64,000 nt of DNA from a virus (lineage: Duplodnaviria > Caudoviricetes): IMG/VR virus record IMGVR_UViG_3300037067_026010, positions 96,001-160,000 of that record; one strand, given 5' to 3'. Shown here one piece after another: positions 18,011 through 26,606 of the stretch. Positions within the stretch are counted from its first letter, which is position 1. Every line of letters starts with the position of its first letter. The position numbers and the translations under genes are program-made. A model generated the notes under the pieces. That model made no database searches. It was not told where the DNA came from and worked only from the letters and a program-made list of their open reading frames with translations.

Positions 18011-19009
18011 GTGATAGCTTTCGCCTGCAAGCATGAACAAGTTAAGAAACAAGGCCATGATAGGAATGGCAATCAACGCTTCCGATGCACCGTTTGCGGT
18101 AAGACCTGGATTGCTTCTAGGGTTAAGCCGTTTGGAGAAATGAGGATCGACCCGAAGAAAGCCCTTCAAGTGATTGAAATGCTCATGGAAGGCGTATCCA
18201 TCCGTTCGGCCGTCAGGCTGACCGGCATCGCCAAGGGGACGATTTTGCGACTTTTGGAACTTGTCGGGGACCGTGCCCAATACTACTGGACAATGGCGAT
18301 GAAGAATCTACCGGCAGCCAACGTACAAGTGGATGAGACCTGGGGGTTCGTTTACGCCAAGGAAAAAACTTGCTTGCGAAAACACCTTGGCACTGATTGT
18401 GGGGATGCCTACACCTTTTTGGCAATCGAGCGCGACAGCAAGTTAATCCTCGCTTGGCATGTAGGGCGGCGAGACCCGCAAGACACCGCTTGGTTTTCCG
18501 AGAAGCTACGAAACAACACGATGGGTCGATTCCAATTGACCACCGATGGATTCAAGCCATATTGTACGGCAATCCCGGAAGCATTCATGGGTAAGATCGA
18601 CTTTGCCCAATTGATTAAGACCTACGGAAAGCCGACCGGAGAGAGAAAGGCGGAAGCCCGCTATAGCCCCGCCGAAATAACCGGCATACGCAAACGGGAA
18701 ATGTGGGGCAATCCCGATATGAACGCCGTCAGCACTTCGCACATCGAAAGGCAAAACTTGAATATCCGCATGGGCGTTCGGCGCATGACTCGGCTAACGA
18801 ACGCATTCAGCAAGAAGTGGGAGAACCACGAAGCCCACTTGGCCTTGTGGTTTCTCTACTACAATTTCTGCCGACCCCATGCTACATTATCCAAGGGAGA
18901 GAAAAAGGGCGAAAGAGGAACGCCGAAAACGCCGGGCATGGAAGCCGGATTGACCGATCATGTTTGGAGTCTCGAAGAATTGCTCAATACTTTAGCAACA
19001 CATTATTGA
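18011..19009 (+). CDS. IS1-family DDE transposase (single ORF)
   Basis: N-terminal Zn motif (C.H...QRFRCTVC), HTH EGVSIRS..RLTG, QVDETWGFV, TTDG, STSHIERQNLNIR...RRMTRLTNAFSKK, YNFCRPH, TPGMEAGLTDHVW. Confidence 0.93.
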   Translation: MIAFACKHEQVKKQGHDRNGNQRFRCTVCGKTWIASRVKPFGEMRIDPKKALQVIEMLMEGVSIRSAVRLTGIAKGTILRLLELVGDRAQYYWTMAMKNLPAANVQVDETWGFVYAKEKTCLRKHLGTDCGDAYTFLAIERDSKLILAWHVGRRDPQDTAWFSEKLRNNTMGRFQLTTDGFKPYCTAIPEAFMGKIDFAQLIKTYGKPTGERKAEARYSPAEITGIRKREMWGNPDMNAVSTSHIERQNLNIRMGVRRMTRLTNAFSKKWENHEAHLALWFLYYNFCRPHATLSKGEKKGERGTPKTPGMEAGLTDHVWSLEELLNTLATHY

Positions 19010-19615
19010 CCCAATACCTGGTTTTCGCATTTTCTTGTTTTTCTTCCGGGCTGCCCGTTTTGCCTCGATAAGTTCGGAGCACTTCGCCGTCAACGCCTCC
19101 GCGCAGGCTTGCTGTTGCTCGTCGTAGTCCTCCGCGTCCTGTTCGATGCCCAAGTGGTGGCATGCCGCGCGCGCTAATTCCTCGCCGAGACACTCCACGA
19201 CGTCGCCCACGGGGAGGCTGCTGTCGAACATTATGACCGCCCGCTTGCTTCGGTCGCTAGGGTATGTAGCATACCCTACTGCGCCGGCCTCCTCTTGCGC
19301 CAAATCCGGCTCCACCCACCAAACGAGCGGACAGGGCAAATTCGGCCACAACGCCATGTAAGCCCGCGCCAGCATGTCGAACGGATCGATGCTGAAGAAC
19401 CTGCAGCCCGTGTTGGTCCGCGCGACGCGCTTTGCAACGCCGGCAGTTCGGCACTCTTTCGTGAAGCTCGGGATGATCACCACGCTGAGGCATATTCCGG
19501 CAACCAGCATCCGGTGTAGATGCGGCGCCTCCGCCGGCAGTCCGAGGGCCAGCACGAGCCCCGCTATAAGCAGAAAGACGCGGCACGCCAGGAGCACGTA
19601 GACCTTAAACATCAT
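18992..19615 (-). CDS. Membrane-anchored protein with degenerate HExxH-like helix; C-terminus altered by IS
   Basis: Two TM segments; LGEELARAA; pre-insertion end would be MRKP-TGA. Confidence 0.65.
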   Translation of the reverse strand: MMFKVYVLLACRVFLLIAGLVLALGLPAEAPHLHRMLVAGICLSVVIIPSFTKECRTAGVAKRVARTNTGCRFFSIDPFDMLARAYMALWPNLPCPLVWWVEPDLAQEEAGAVGYATYPSDRSKRAVIMFDSSLPVGDVVECLGEELARAACHHLGIEQDAEDYDEQQQACAEALTAKCSELIEAKRAARKKNKKMRKPGIGSIMCC

Positions 19616-19838
19616 TTTTTCGTCCTTTCCGGCGTTTAACGCCTTTCGCTTGTTTCCCGGGCCGGCCTTCGGCGTTCAACATCACGACTTTGGCGAAATC
19701 GGCTTTCATCGCCTCGTGCCCTCGGTGCAATATTTGCGCGAGGAGCATGTCCTGGTTGTCGCCGCCGGCCAGCGCGATACGCGTTTGCTGCAGCATAGAT
19801 AATAGATCAGCGGCTTTCTTTATTCCGCTTTGACTCAT
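19605..19838 (-). CDS. Small hypothetical protein
   Basis: AAGGA SD, coupled. Confidence 0.55.
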   Translation of the reverse strand: MSQSGIKKAADLLSMLQQTRIALAGGDNQDMLLAQILHRGHEAMKADFAKVVMLNAEGRPGKQAKGVKRRKGRKNDV

Positions 19839-19905
19839 AGTACACGTCCTTTCTTATCACGACGGCTAAGTCCTATACTTATTATGCCAGTATTTTGCCG
19901 CTTTT

Positions 19906-20391
19906 TTACTTCACGATCGAAACCGCCAAGATACGGCCGTTTTTGAACTGCACGATCCTCTTGCGGGTAATGCCGCGCTCCACGAGGCTGGTGTAATGGA
20001 TACTCAGCTCCTTCGCGTACTCCTGCAGCAGCTTTGCCACCGTCAGGTCCCTGGCGAGTTTCGCCGCTTCGCGCCGCGACTCGAAAAATTGCACAGGAAA
20101 GTCGTCTCCCTCGCAACACGCTACGACGAGATAACCGTTCATGCTTGCTCCTTCTTGCGTTGTTCGTTTTTTGCAATCTTCCAACGTCGCTTCAGCCTCC
20201 CGGGCGATAGGGTCACAAAGCGTGTCCCAAAATGCCCCGATGCCCTGCGCTGCCTGGGGCCACCCGTCGCTATAAGGCAAACACGCCTCCTGCACAAGCT
20301 GCAAAAGCCTCTGATGGACAATTTCCAAATTTTTTCGCATTGCCTGCATAAGCCCATGCCGCCGTGCCTGGGCGCGCCGTGCGTTTAGCAT
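19906..20391 (-). CDS. Array-like unit fused in frame to a 78-aa domain (own SD/ATG at 20142)
   Basis: C-terminal MNGYLVV...DDFPV..F..R..A...VQFKNG is a paralogue of 53193-53429. Confidence 0.6.
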   Translation of the reverse strand: MLNARRAQARRHGLMQAMRKNLEIVHQRLLQLVQEACLPYSDGWPQAAQGIGAFWDTLCDPIAREAEATLEDCKKRTTQEGASMNGYLVVACCEGDDFPVQFFESRREAAKLARDLTVAKLLQEYAKELSIHYTSLVERGITRKRIVQFKNGRILAVSIVK

Positions 20392-20406
20392 AAATAACTC
20401 CTCTTT

Positions 20407-20595
20407 TCATGCCAGCTCCTGGGCTTGCTCACGAATCGCTCGCGCGATAGGTGTAATGATGCGGCCACTGGACCGAATTATGGTTTGCCCCAAGATCCAC
20501 GAGTCCGCAAAAGGCTCTACAAACCCCGCCTGGCACTCGGAGGCCAGACGGCTCGTGCTGCTGCCTAATTGATCGATAATGTCTTTTTCTTGCAT
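20407..20595 (-). CDS. Array small protein
   Basis: Coupled; ends IREQAQELA. Confidence 0.6.
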   Translation of the reverse strand: MQEKDIIDQLGSSTSRLASECQAGFVEPFADSWILGQTIIRSSGRIITPIARAIREQAQELA

Positions 20596-20849
20596 AGACG
20601 CTCCTTTATCTCGGCTACGGCTTGCCCAGCAATTACCTCGCGGACCACATCATGCAGGTCGTTCACCGTGAATTCCACTGCAAGGGCGCGCGATGCAACC
20701 TCTGCAGCTACCTGGCACTGGCCCAGGTTGTGCAGCGATGTCAGCAACCTCCTTCGCAAAACCGTGTGAACGGCGATCTGCTCGTACAAGGTAGTTGCCG
20801 GATTGGCTTTATCGGCGAAATTCACCGTACGGTTAGTCCTGCGCGTCAT
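20565..20849 (-). CDS. Array small protein
   Basis: QAVAEIKER as in 22363-22611. Confidence 0.6.
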   Translation of the reverse strand: MTRRTNRTVNFADKANPATTLYEQIAVHTVLRRRLLTSLHNLGQCQVAAEVASRALAVEFTVNDLHDVVREVIAGQAVAEIKERLCKKKTLSIN

Positions 20850-21054
20850 GGTTTATCTCCCTAACCGCTGCAAACGCCTGCTCTACGACGGCAGTGCGCA
20901 ATCCATGTTGGTTACGACCGACTAATTCAAGGATCTGTGTCCGTACTGCGGGATTTATAGGTTCCGCGGCATCGAATATATGTATCCAGACCGTTTCGTT
21001 GACCTGGTCTTCGTGGGTATCCAGCTGGCCCGCTACGCTCTCCATGTAGCTCAT
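20833..21054 (-). CDS. Array small protein
   Basis: Paralogue of 22148-22366. Confidence 0.7.
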   Translation of the reverse strand: MSYMESVAGQLDTHEDQVNETVWIHIFDAAEPINPAVRTQILELVGRNQHGLRTAVVEQAFAAVREINHDAQD

Positions 21055-21278
21055 GGTCTATGCGCCCTCTTCTCTACGGTGTGCCTGGCCTGCTCGCGGA
21101 GGGCTCGCCATATGTCTTCTCGCGCCTGGGTAACCGCTGCATCCTGCAGTACACGGAGACGCACGTCGGTGCTCACGCATCGCCCGATCCCGGCCCTCAG
21201 CGTGTTATCGAGGTACGTTACCAGCATATTCTCAGCCGCCAACAGGGGCCGGGCCACTACGTCCTGTTTATTCAACAT
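21051..21278 (-). CDS. Array small protein
   Basis: SD; IWRALREQAR. Confidence 0.6.
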   Translation of the reverse strand: MLNKQDVVARPLLAAENMLVTYLDNTLRAGIGRCVSTDVRLRVLQDAAVTQAREDIWRALREQARHTVEKRAHRP

Positions 21279-21280
21279 GC

Positions 21281-21559
21281 TTACCTCCCCTCTATGGTGG
21301 CGATAAGGGCAGCGCGCAGTGCCGTGAGTACGTCGAAGCCTGGTACTACTACCTCGTCCCACGCGCGCGCCCGCATCCTAGGCGATACGTGCCGATACGT
21401 AGCCTCATTCAGGCCGACCCTAAGCGGCGACACAAACCGCCATTGCCCCGGCACTTGTACCTGCTCCGCAATAGCGCGCACTGTTCGATCATGTTGGGTA
21501 CTTGGAGGGATTTTCATGGTTTGTATTTCGGAAAGTTTTCTGTTAGAGATCATCCTCAT
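21281..21559 (-). CDS. Array small protein
   Basis: Coupled; ends TIEGR. Confidence 0.55.
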   Translation of the reverse strand: MRMISNRKLSEIQTMKIPPSTQHDRTVRAIAEQVQVPGQWRFVSPLRVGLNEATYRHVSPRMRARAWDEVVVPGFDVLTALRAALIATIEGR

Positions 21560-21752
21560 TTTGTACGACGAGCCCGCTTTGTTGGCGTGCTTGCTCGCGA
21601 ATTACTGTCCTGATCTCCCGCAGGGCAGCAGCTGGAATCAGCAATGCATCGGCTGCTGCGAGGCAACCACGCTTGGTCATTGCGTTCCCCATCTTCGCAC
21701 CGTACTCCTCGACAGCCTTCAGGATTTGTACGGAGATTTCATGGTACGTCAT
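21543..21752 (-). CDS. Array small protein
   Basis: ATGA; VIREQAR. Confidence 0.65.
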   Translation of the reverse strand: MTYHEISVQILKAVEEYGAKMGNAMTKRGCLAAADALLIPAAALREIRTVIREQARQQSGLVVQNEDDL

Positions 21753-21949
21753 AGGCGCTCCTCATCTCGACATTGGTCGTACGCAGCTTGCCCTACCGGC
21801 AGCAAAACGTTACTGATGGTGTCTTCTATCACCGCTGCTATGCCGGCACGTTCCCTGCCCGGAGGCAACGCGGCTTGGCAGGCGTGTCGCAGCTCCTGGT
21901 GCAACTCGTCGGCAAGCATACGCCACAGCACGGCATTACGCTGTGTCAT
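21749..21949 (-). CDS. Array small protein
   Basis: ATGA. Confidence 0.65.
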   Translation of the reverse strand: MTQRNAVLWRMLADELHQELRHACQAALPPGRERAGIAAVIEDTISNVLLPVGQAAYDQCRDEERL

Positions 21950-22158
21950 AGCCGCTCCTTTGCGCGTTTGCGCAGATGTGGTGCCAGCTGCTCACGGAGC
22001 TGTTCAAGTATAAGTGCCCCGGCCGTATTGCTACGGCGAACTATTCTACCTAATTGCGCGTGCACCTCGCCGCTAACGCTTGCGCACAGCATCCGACTTA
22101 TTTCCTCTACCGCAGGCGCAACCCGGCGTAACTGGTCAATTATGTCATCACGCGTCAT
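21946..22158 (-). CDS. Array small protein
   Basis: Coupled. Confidence 0.6.
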   Translation of the reverse strand: MTRDDIIDQLRRVAPAVEEISRMLCASVSGEVHAQLGRIVRRSNTAGALILEQLREQLAPHLRKRAKERL

Positions 22159-22366
22159 GGCTTCTCTCCCTGACCGCTGCAATCACCTGCTCTATAATAA
22201 CAATTCGCAATCCACGTTGGTTACGACCGACTAATCCAAGGATCTGTGTCCGTACTTGTGCCGTAAGCTGCGCGCGGAGACCTGCCTCGCAAACAATCCA
22301 CATGCTGTCGCGCATGCGCTTATACGGCGTATCGCGTGTCTGCTCGCTAATATCAGGCAAGATCAT
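22148..22366 (-). CDS. Array small protein
   Basis: Paralogue of 20833-21054. Confidence 0.7.
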   Translation of the reverse strand: MILPDISEQTRDTPYKRMRDSMWIVCEAGLRAQLTAQVRTQILGLVGRNQRGLRIVIIEQVIAAVRERSHDA

Positions 22367-22611
22367 TGCCGCTCCTTTATCTCGACTATCGCCTGCGCAC
22401 GGATGAGGTCTGTTATACGCTGGCACACGACCTGCCGCACAATTCCCGCACGGCGTATAACCGTGGGTAGATTGCGCGACACATGAGCGTCAAACACGTC
22501 CATGGCTTTTACAACTTCCCAACGAAAACTGAAGATTTTCTGCGTCATAAAATCTATATGCCGCGCGACAGCGTCGTCCTGATGCACGGCTGCATTTCTT
22601 TTGATACGCAT
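22363..22611 (-). CDS. Array small protein
   Basis: Ends QAIVEIKERQ. Confidence 0.6.
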   Translation of the reverse strand: MRIKRNAAVHQDDAVARHIDFMTQKIFSFRWEVVKAMDVFDAHVSRNLPTVIRRAGIVRQVVCQRITDLIRAQAIVEIKERQ

Positions 22612-22674
22612 GTTTAGTTCACCCTTTCTACAGGAAAGCGTGGGGCGCAGGCCCGGTATGCCTCGCACAAGCTT

Positions 22675-22992
22675 TTAGTCTTGAACTGCGACCACTTGTA
22701 GGGAAACGTCGGCGCCCGCGATACTGCCGCTGACGACCGCGTCAAGCAACCGCGCCGCCGCCTTCACATTGTTGATCGGGCCCTCGGATTCCGGACAAGC
22801 AATCTCGATCACGACTTTCATCGTGTTCTTGGGCTTGTAAGGAGCAGAAAATTCGCGTTCGATGCCATCCTGCAGTTCTGCTGCCTTCGCGCGCACGCTT
22901 TTGATGCCTTGTTGCGCTTGTTTTTTGGTATCGTACGGCCCGTAGATGTCCTTGCCGTATGCTATGCTCGTTACATTGAAATACCAAGTCAT
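22675..22992 (-). CDS. Unrelated hypothetical protein inside the array
   Basis: YGPYDTKKQA motif; not coupled to neighbours. Confidence 0.6.
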   Translation of the reverse strand: MTWYFNVTSIAYGKDIYGPYDTKKQAQQGIKSVRAKAAELQDGIEREFSAPYKPKNTMKVVIEIACPESEGPINNVKAAARLLDAVVSGSIAGADVSLQVVAVQD

Positions 22993-23021
22993 GCTGTGTA
23001 CCTTTTTTTAATAATTTTCAA

Positions 23022-23267
23022 TTATGTCCCTGTACCCGCTGCCGCAGCGGCCTGCTCGCGGAGGCCACGCCGCACTTCTTCTTGGGCCTGGGCAATCGTA
23101 GTACCTCGGAACTCCGAGGGCGCATGGCCCCAACGCTCCCGCACAGCCCGCCTGACCGCGAACCTGACCTCGGCATTAGTACGTTGCAGGGGCGCGGCCA
23201 CCACCCGTCGTGCGCCGCCCGAAGCTGCTGTGATCAATTGCTGCACAATACCCCTACGGTTTGTCAT
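23022..23267 (-). CDS. Array small protein
   Basis: AGGAG SD; GLREQA. Confidence 0.6.
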   Translation of the reverse strand: MTNRRGIVQQLITAASGGARRVVAAPLQRTNAEVRFAVRRAVRERWGHAPSEFRGTTIAQAQEEVRRGLREQAAAAAGTGT

Positions 23268-23475
23268 GGCGCGACTCCTTCCGGATCTGCTGCAACACGC
23301 CGGTGCGCAGCGGCGCAAGTCCTATGGATACCTCGTAGACAATGTCTGACTCAATGTCGTCGGCGAGGTTGCCGTCGATGCACGCGTCTTGCACCTTCAC
23401 CATCGCGTCAAACAATTTGTCCATAATTGAACACAGTCGGTCGTCTAGCTGCTTTCCGACATTAACGCGTGCCAT
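23254..23475 (-). CDS. Array small protein
   Basis: AGGAG SD. Confidence 0.6.
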   Translation of the reverse strand: MARVNVGKQLDDRLCSIMDKLFDAMVKVQDACIDGNLADDIESDIVYEVSIGLAPLRTGVLQQIRKESRHDKP

Positions 23476-23552
23476 GGCACAACTCCTTTCTGTGCGAAAG
23501 CCGCTCGATTCTGCCCTGAGGGCCCATCCGGCGGTTCGCCGTACAGCGGCTG

Positions 23553-23768
23553 TTAATCGCCCGCACCCGCTGCCGCCCGGGGCAACTCGTGGGTTTGCCG
23601 CAGAATTTGCGGCCACAGTTGCCGTAGGACTGGCTGCTGTGCTTGTTCCCAGACCTGTTCTTGGATTTGCCTGCAGACTTGTCCACGGACTTGCTCCTGG
23701 ACTCGCTGCCGAATGTGCCATTCGAACATCTTGGGAACTTGCGATAGCTGTGAACTTTGTATCTTCAT
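23553..23768 (-). CDS. Gln-rich array protein
   Basis: RVQEQVRGQVCRQIQEQVWEQ. Confidence 0.75.
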   Translation of the reverse strand: MKIQSSQLSQVPKMFEWHIRQRVQEQVRGQVCRQIQEQVWEQAQQPVLRQLWPQILRQTHELPRAAAGAGD

Positions 23769-24049
23769 AAGTCACCCTCCGCATCAAACTTGGCCTGCTC
23801 CTCCATGCGGAGTTGCCAAATTTGCGACTCGATCTGCTGACGACACTGTTGATGCACTGGCGGCACGGTTTGCTGCCGAACTTGCTGCTCGATTGGTCGC
23901 CGGATTTGCCGATGGATCTTGTCTATGCCCGCCGGCCAGATCTGTTCTAGGCCCTGCAACAACCCTTGTATTTGCCGCCGAACTCGCCACCCAACCTGTT
24001 CGTCCGCTTGCCGACGAATCTGCTGCAAACTCGAGTTTCTTAGCTTCAT
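23765..24049 (-). CDS. Gln-rich array protein
   Basis: IEQQVRQQ..QIESQIWQ; ends AEGDL. Confidence 0.75.
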   Translation of the reverse strand: MKLRNSSLQQIRRQADEQVGWRVRRQIQGLLQGLEQIWPAGIDKIHRQIRRPIEQQVRQQTVPPVHQQCRQQIESQIWQLRMEEQAKFDAEGDL

Positions 24050-24125
24050 ATATCGCCCTCCCTAGTAAGACTAGTTTGCCGCCGGTAGACCTCCGCGAAT
24101 ATAATACTTACGAACTTTATGCCCG

Positions 24126-24143
24126 GCGGTGCTTAATTACCGC
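24126..24143. repeat. 18-bp repeat copy 4 (reverse orientation)
   Basis: GCGGTGCTTAATTACCGC; supplies the stop of 24137-24352. Confidence 0.9.
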
Positions 24144-24352
24144 GGCCCGTACACGACAGCACTGCGTGCTTGCTCGGCTACTGCATCCCTAAGATGGTCG
24201 TACACGACATCCGTACCTATAAGTGTGCGTCTATCGACCACGCGAAGAACGGCCTGGCTGCACCACGAGCAGGTATGCACAGCCGACAACAGCCCTTTGC
24301 AGCGCTCGCGCACATCATCCCAACTTTGCCAAAGTATCTCACCTTCGCCCAT
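24137..24352 (-). CDS. Array small protein
   Basis: AGGAG SD; VAEQAR. Confidence 0.6.
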   Translation of the reverse strand: MGEGEILWQSWDDVRERCKGLLSAVHTCSWCSQAVLRVVDRRTLIGTDVVYDHLRDAVAEQARSAVVYGPR

Positions 24353-24596
24353 GCTTGACTCCTTGCGTAGCCTCGACCTGTTCCGCACATTCCATAAAAA
24401 TTGGGAGCAATTGTCGGCTGCGTATAGATAACATATTGGTGGGTGCCACCGTCAGCTCCGTATCGCCTGTCAGGCTCCGCATGTCGCACCACAAATTGCT
24501 CATTCCCAGCACGCCGTCACCGATAATACCTACCTGGCGCGATATATGCTCCGAGCGACACCTCACAGCCTCGCGCGCCGGTTCTCTATTGGCCAT
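24339..24596 (-). CDS. Array small protein
   Basis: AGGAGG SD. Confidence 0.6.
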   Translation of the reverse strand: MANREPAREAVRCRSEHISRQVGIIGDGVLGMSNLWCDMRSLTGDTELTVAPTNMLSIRSRQLLPIFMECAEQVEATQGVKHGRR

Positions 24597-24804
24597 GAGC
24601 ACCTCCTATAATTGCGACAGCTTCGTGCTGCACGGCAATCATATCCTGCAACCCATACTGGGCGGGCGCGACGCACCTAAAACAATAAAGCCTGACAGGC
24701 TGCAACACACGGTCGCTAACTTGGGCGATGACGGTGCGCTCCAGCTGCTGCAGGCTGTCGAGTTCGTCGGCCAGCGTTCTGAGTATATATTTATCTTGCT
24801 GCAC
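24586..24804 (-). CDS. Array small protein
   Basis: GTG start after previous stop. Confidence 0.55.
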   Translation of the reverse strand: MQQDKYILRTLADELDSLQQLERTVIAQVSDRVLQPVRLYCFRCVAPAQYGLQDMIAVQHEAVAIIGGAHGQ

Positions 24805-24805
24805 G

Positions 24806-25030
24806 TTACGGCCCCCCTTCCGCTGTTGCCGTTGCCTGGGTGGCAATCTCCGCAGTAATCTCCAAGATAACTGCATTGTCTATTCCGAGCTGCTCCACGG
24901 GGATCTTGACCGCTTGGTGCACTGTGCGCTGCAGTCTCCGCCGCACGGCAGCACTCACTAGCGCCGGGCCGGTCCAGCACAGCGGGGTATGCCGGTCAAG
25001 TTGTTCATGCAGTATTTCGTAGCGCGTCAT
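24806..25030 (-). CDS. Array small protein
   Basis: Ends QATATAEGGP. Confidence 0.6.
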   Translation of the reverse strand: MTRYEILHEQLDRHTPLCWTGPALVSAAVRRRLQRTVHQAVKIPVEQLGIDNAVILEITAEIATQATATAEGGP

Positions 25031-25235
25031 GGCACTTTCCCCCTGTAGTACATTGCTCCACGGCGGCCGCATGAATAATATCGCTTACGTTCACTATGAC
25101 ATCTAGCGGCTGCCAAATCGTGTCCAGCGCTAAAATCCGCACTGCTTTGGTCGAGCCGGATGGCGGGTTCACTATTTGCATGGCGGCTGTGCCGAGCTGG
25201 CGGCATAATTCCTGGCGTATCGGGCCTTTCGTCAT
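25005..25235 (-). CDS. Array small protein
   Basis: ATGA. Confidence 0.6.
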   Translation of the reverse strand: MTKGPIRQELCRQLGTAAMQIVNPPSGSTKAVRILALDTIWQPLDVIVNVSDIIHAAAVEQCTTGGKCHDALRNTA

Positions 25236-25645
25236 GGTTCTATCTCCTGCTCTATTGCCTTGATCAACATCAACCTAAGCACGGCATCCCGCATATCCAC
25301 CGTGTCGGTAACCTCGTCAACTTGCCGGCGTATCGTCACGTCCACCATACGCTTGACCGCATTGTCTTTAGTGCAATACTGCTGCGTCAGGGCCGGGTCG
25401 ACGGCCTTTTGGGTTTGCCGGATGATCTTCGCGCGTCGGGCAGCTGGAATTACCTCATCGGCTACCTGGGCACAAATCACGCTCCGGACGTGCTGTGATA
25501 TGGCGACGCTCACGCCGTCGTAAACTACGTCACATACTCTCCCGGATATGTTGTCCAGTGTCAGCCCGCCGACACCCATCCTGTGCGGCCAATACTCCAG
25601 CTGCTGATGAAGCTGGTCGATCGTAATATGCTTTTTATCGATCAT
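25232..25645 (-). CDS. Array protein, double length
   Basis: 137 aa, same helical pattern. Confidence 0.65.
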   Translation of the reverse strand: MIDKKHITIDQLHQQLEYWPHRMGVGGLTLDNISGRVCDVVYDGVSVAISQHVRSVICAQVADEVIPAARRAKIIRQTQKAVDPALTQQYCTKDNAVKRMVDVTIRRQVDEVTDTVDMRDAVLRLMLIKAIEQEIEP

Positions 25646-25862
25646 GGTCGATTATCGCCTCCTGCACGCAATCTTGAGCGCTGCCGCGCAGCGTCGGTTT
25701 AAGCACGAGGTCTAGAGGCGTATCAAGTCTCTGCAAGACGCGCACGAAGACGTTTTCCGACACATGTACCGTCGGAAGGGCATACCGCGCCAACAGATTG
25801 ACGACGCTGTCCTGGCTTTGCCAGGCAATTTGACTACGGGACATTTTAGATTTGCCGGACAT
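25635..25862 (-). CDS. Array small protein
   Basis: GGAGG SD. Confidence 0.6.
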   Translation of the reverse strand: MSGKSKMSRSQIAWQSQDSVVNLLARYALPTVHVSENVFVRVLQRLDTPLDLVLKPTLRGSAQDCVQEAIIDHDR

Positions 25863-26070
25863 GGGCTGCTACCTCCTCGTGAACCTGGCCTCGTATAACT
25901 CCGCGCAGCACCGTGCTCGAACCGTCCACACGATTCCATATCACCAGCGTTGCCATATGCCTAACACCGCCTGCGACACGTTGGTCCAGGTTTAACGCGG
26001 ACGTTGCCCGTATAATATCTTCCAGAACTTCGTGGACTGCTCGCCGCAGAATATCGCTACGGTTCGTCAT
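25846..26070 (-). CDS. Array small protein
   Basis: Coupled. Confidence 0.65.
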   Translation of the reverse strand: MTNRSDILRRAVHEVLEDIIRATSALNLDQRVAGGVRHMATLVIWNRVDGSSTVLRGVIRGQVHEEVAAHVRQI

Positions 26071-26281
26071 GAGTCAGATCCTTTCTGGCCTGCTCCCTTA
26101 CAACGCTATGCAGCGGTGCAAGCCCTCGTGATACTTGCCCGGTTATAGCATTCCAAATGATGCTGTCATCGAGGTCCCCGGCCACTCGCGCACTAATTGT
26201 AGCGTGGATTTGCTTGTACATAAGATCCACGCCCTGATATGCTCTGCCGCTGATTCGTACTCCGATGTTTGGCTGCTTCAT
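26057..26281 (-). CDS. Array small protein
   Basis: ATGA; VVREQAR. Confidence 0.65.
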   Translation of the reverse strand: MKQPNIGVRISGRAYQGVDLMYKQIHATISARVAGDLDDSIIWNAITGQVSRGLAPLHSVVREQARKDLTHDEP

Positions 26282-26604
26282 GGCGCGCCCGCGTCTATTA
26301 TGTGGGCAGTGCTACGGAACTCACCGGGCTGCAGAACATCGGGCGGGTGGTCGAGCACGAGCCAGCGTCTCATCTCGCGAAGCAGGCGCCATGCTGCTTG
26401 CTCTTGTACGTAGTCAGCCGTGGTCTCGTCGATGTTCGGCCTCGGCGGGCCGATGCCCCAGAGCCTGGTAAACACCTGCGTATTGATCAAGCCGCTGATA
26501 TACCCGCACTCGGCGATGCGCGCATTGCATACCAGCAAAATTTGCTCTGTTATTCGCTTGCCGGCGGCACTCCAGGCTTGTTGCATAATATCATCTTGGC
26601 ACAT
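26278..26604 (-). CDS. Array small protein
   Basis: GGAGGAG SD. Confidence 0.65.
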   Translation of the reverse strand: MCQDDIMQQAWSAAGKRITEQILLVCNARIAECGYISGLINTQVFTRLWGIGPPRPNIDETTADYVQEQAAWRLLREMRRWLVLDHPPDVLQPGEFRSTAHIIDAGAP

Positions 26605-26606
26605 AT

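Larger units (their letters stand above)
15890..19018 (+). mobile_element. IS1-family transporter element (3129 bp) with passenger genes
   Basis: IRL 15890-15913 GGTATTGGGTCAGGAATGTGTTGC and IRR 18995-19018 match at 22/24; 8-bp TSD TGGTTTTC at 15882-15889 and 19019-19026; IS1-type transposase; more AT-rich than flanks. Confidence 0.93.

Noticed and set aside
21060-22013. Long plus-strand ORFs (also 38345-39406, 60967-61905, 10861-11697)
   Set aside because: Antisense shadows of well-formed minus-strand genes in GC-rich DNA.
20897-22256. DGR template/variable repeat pair
   Set aside because: Only 51 bp with two mismatches, and no reverse transcriptase in the window.
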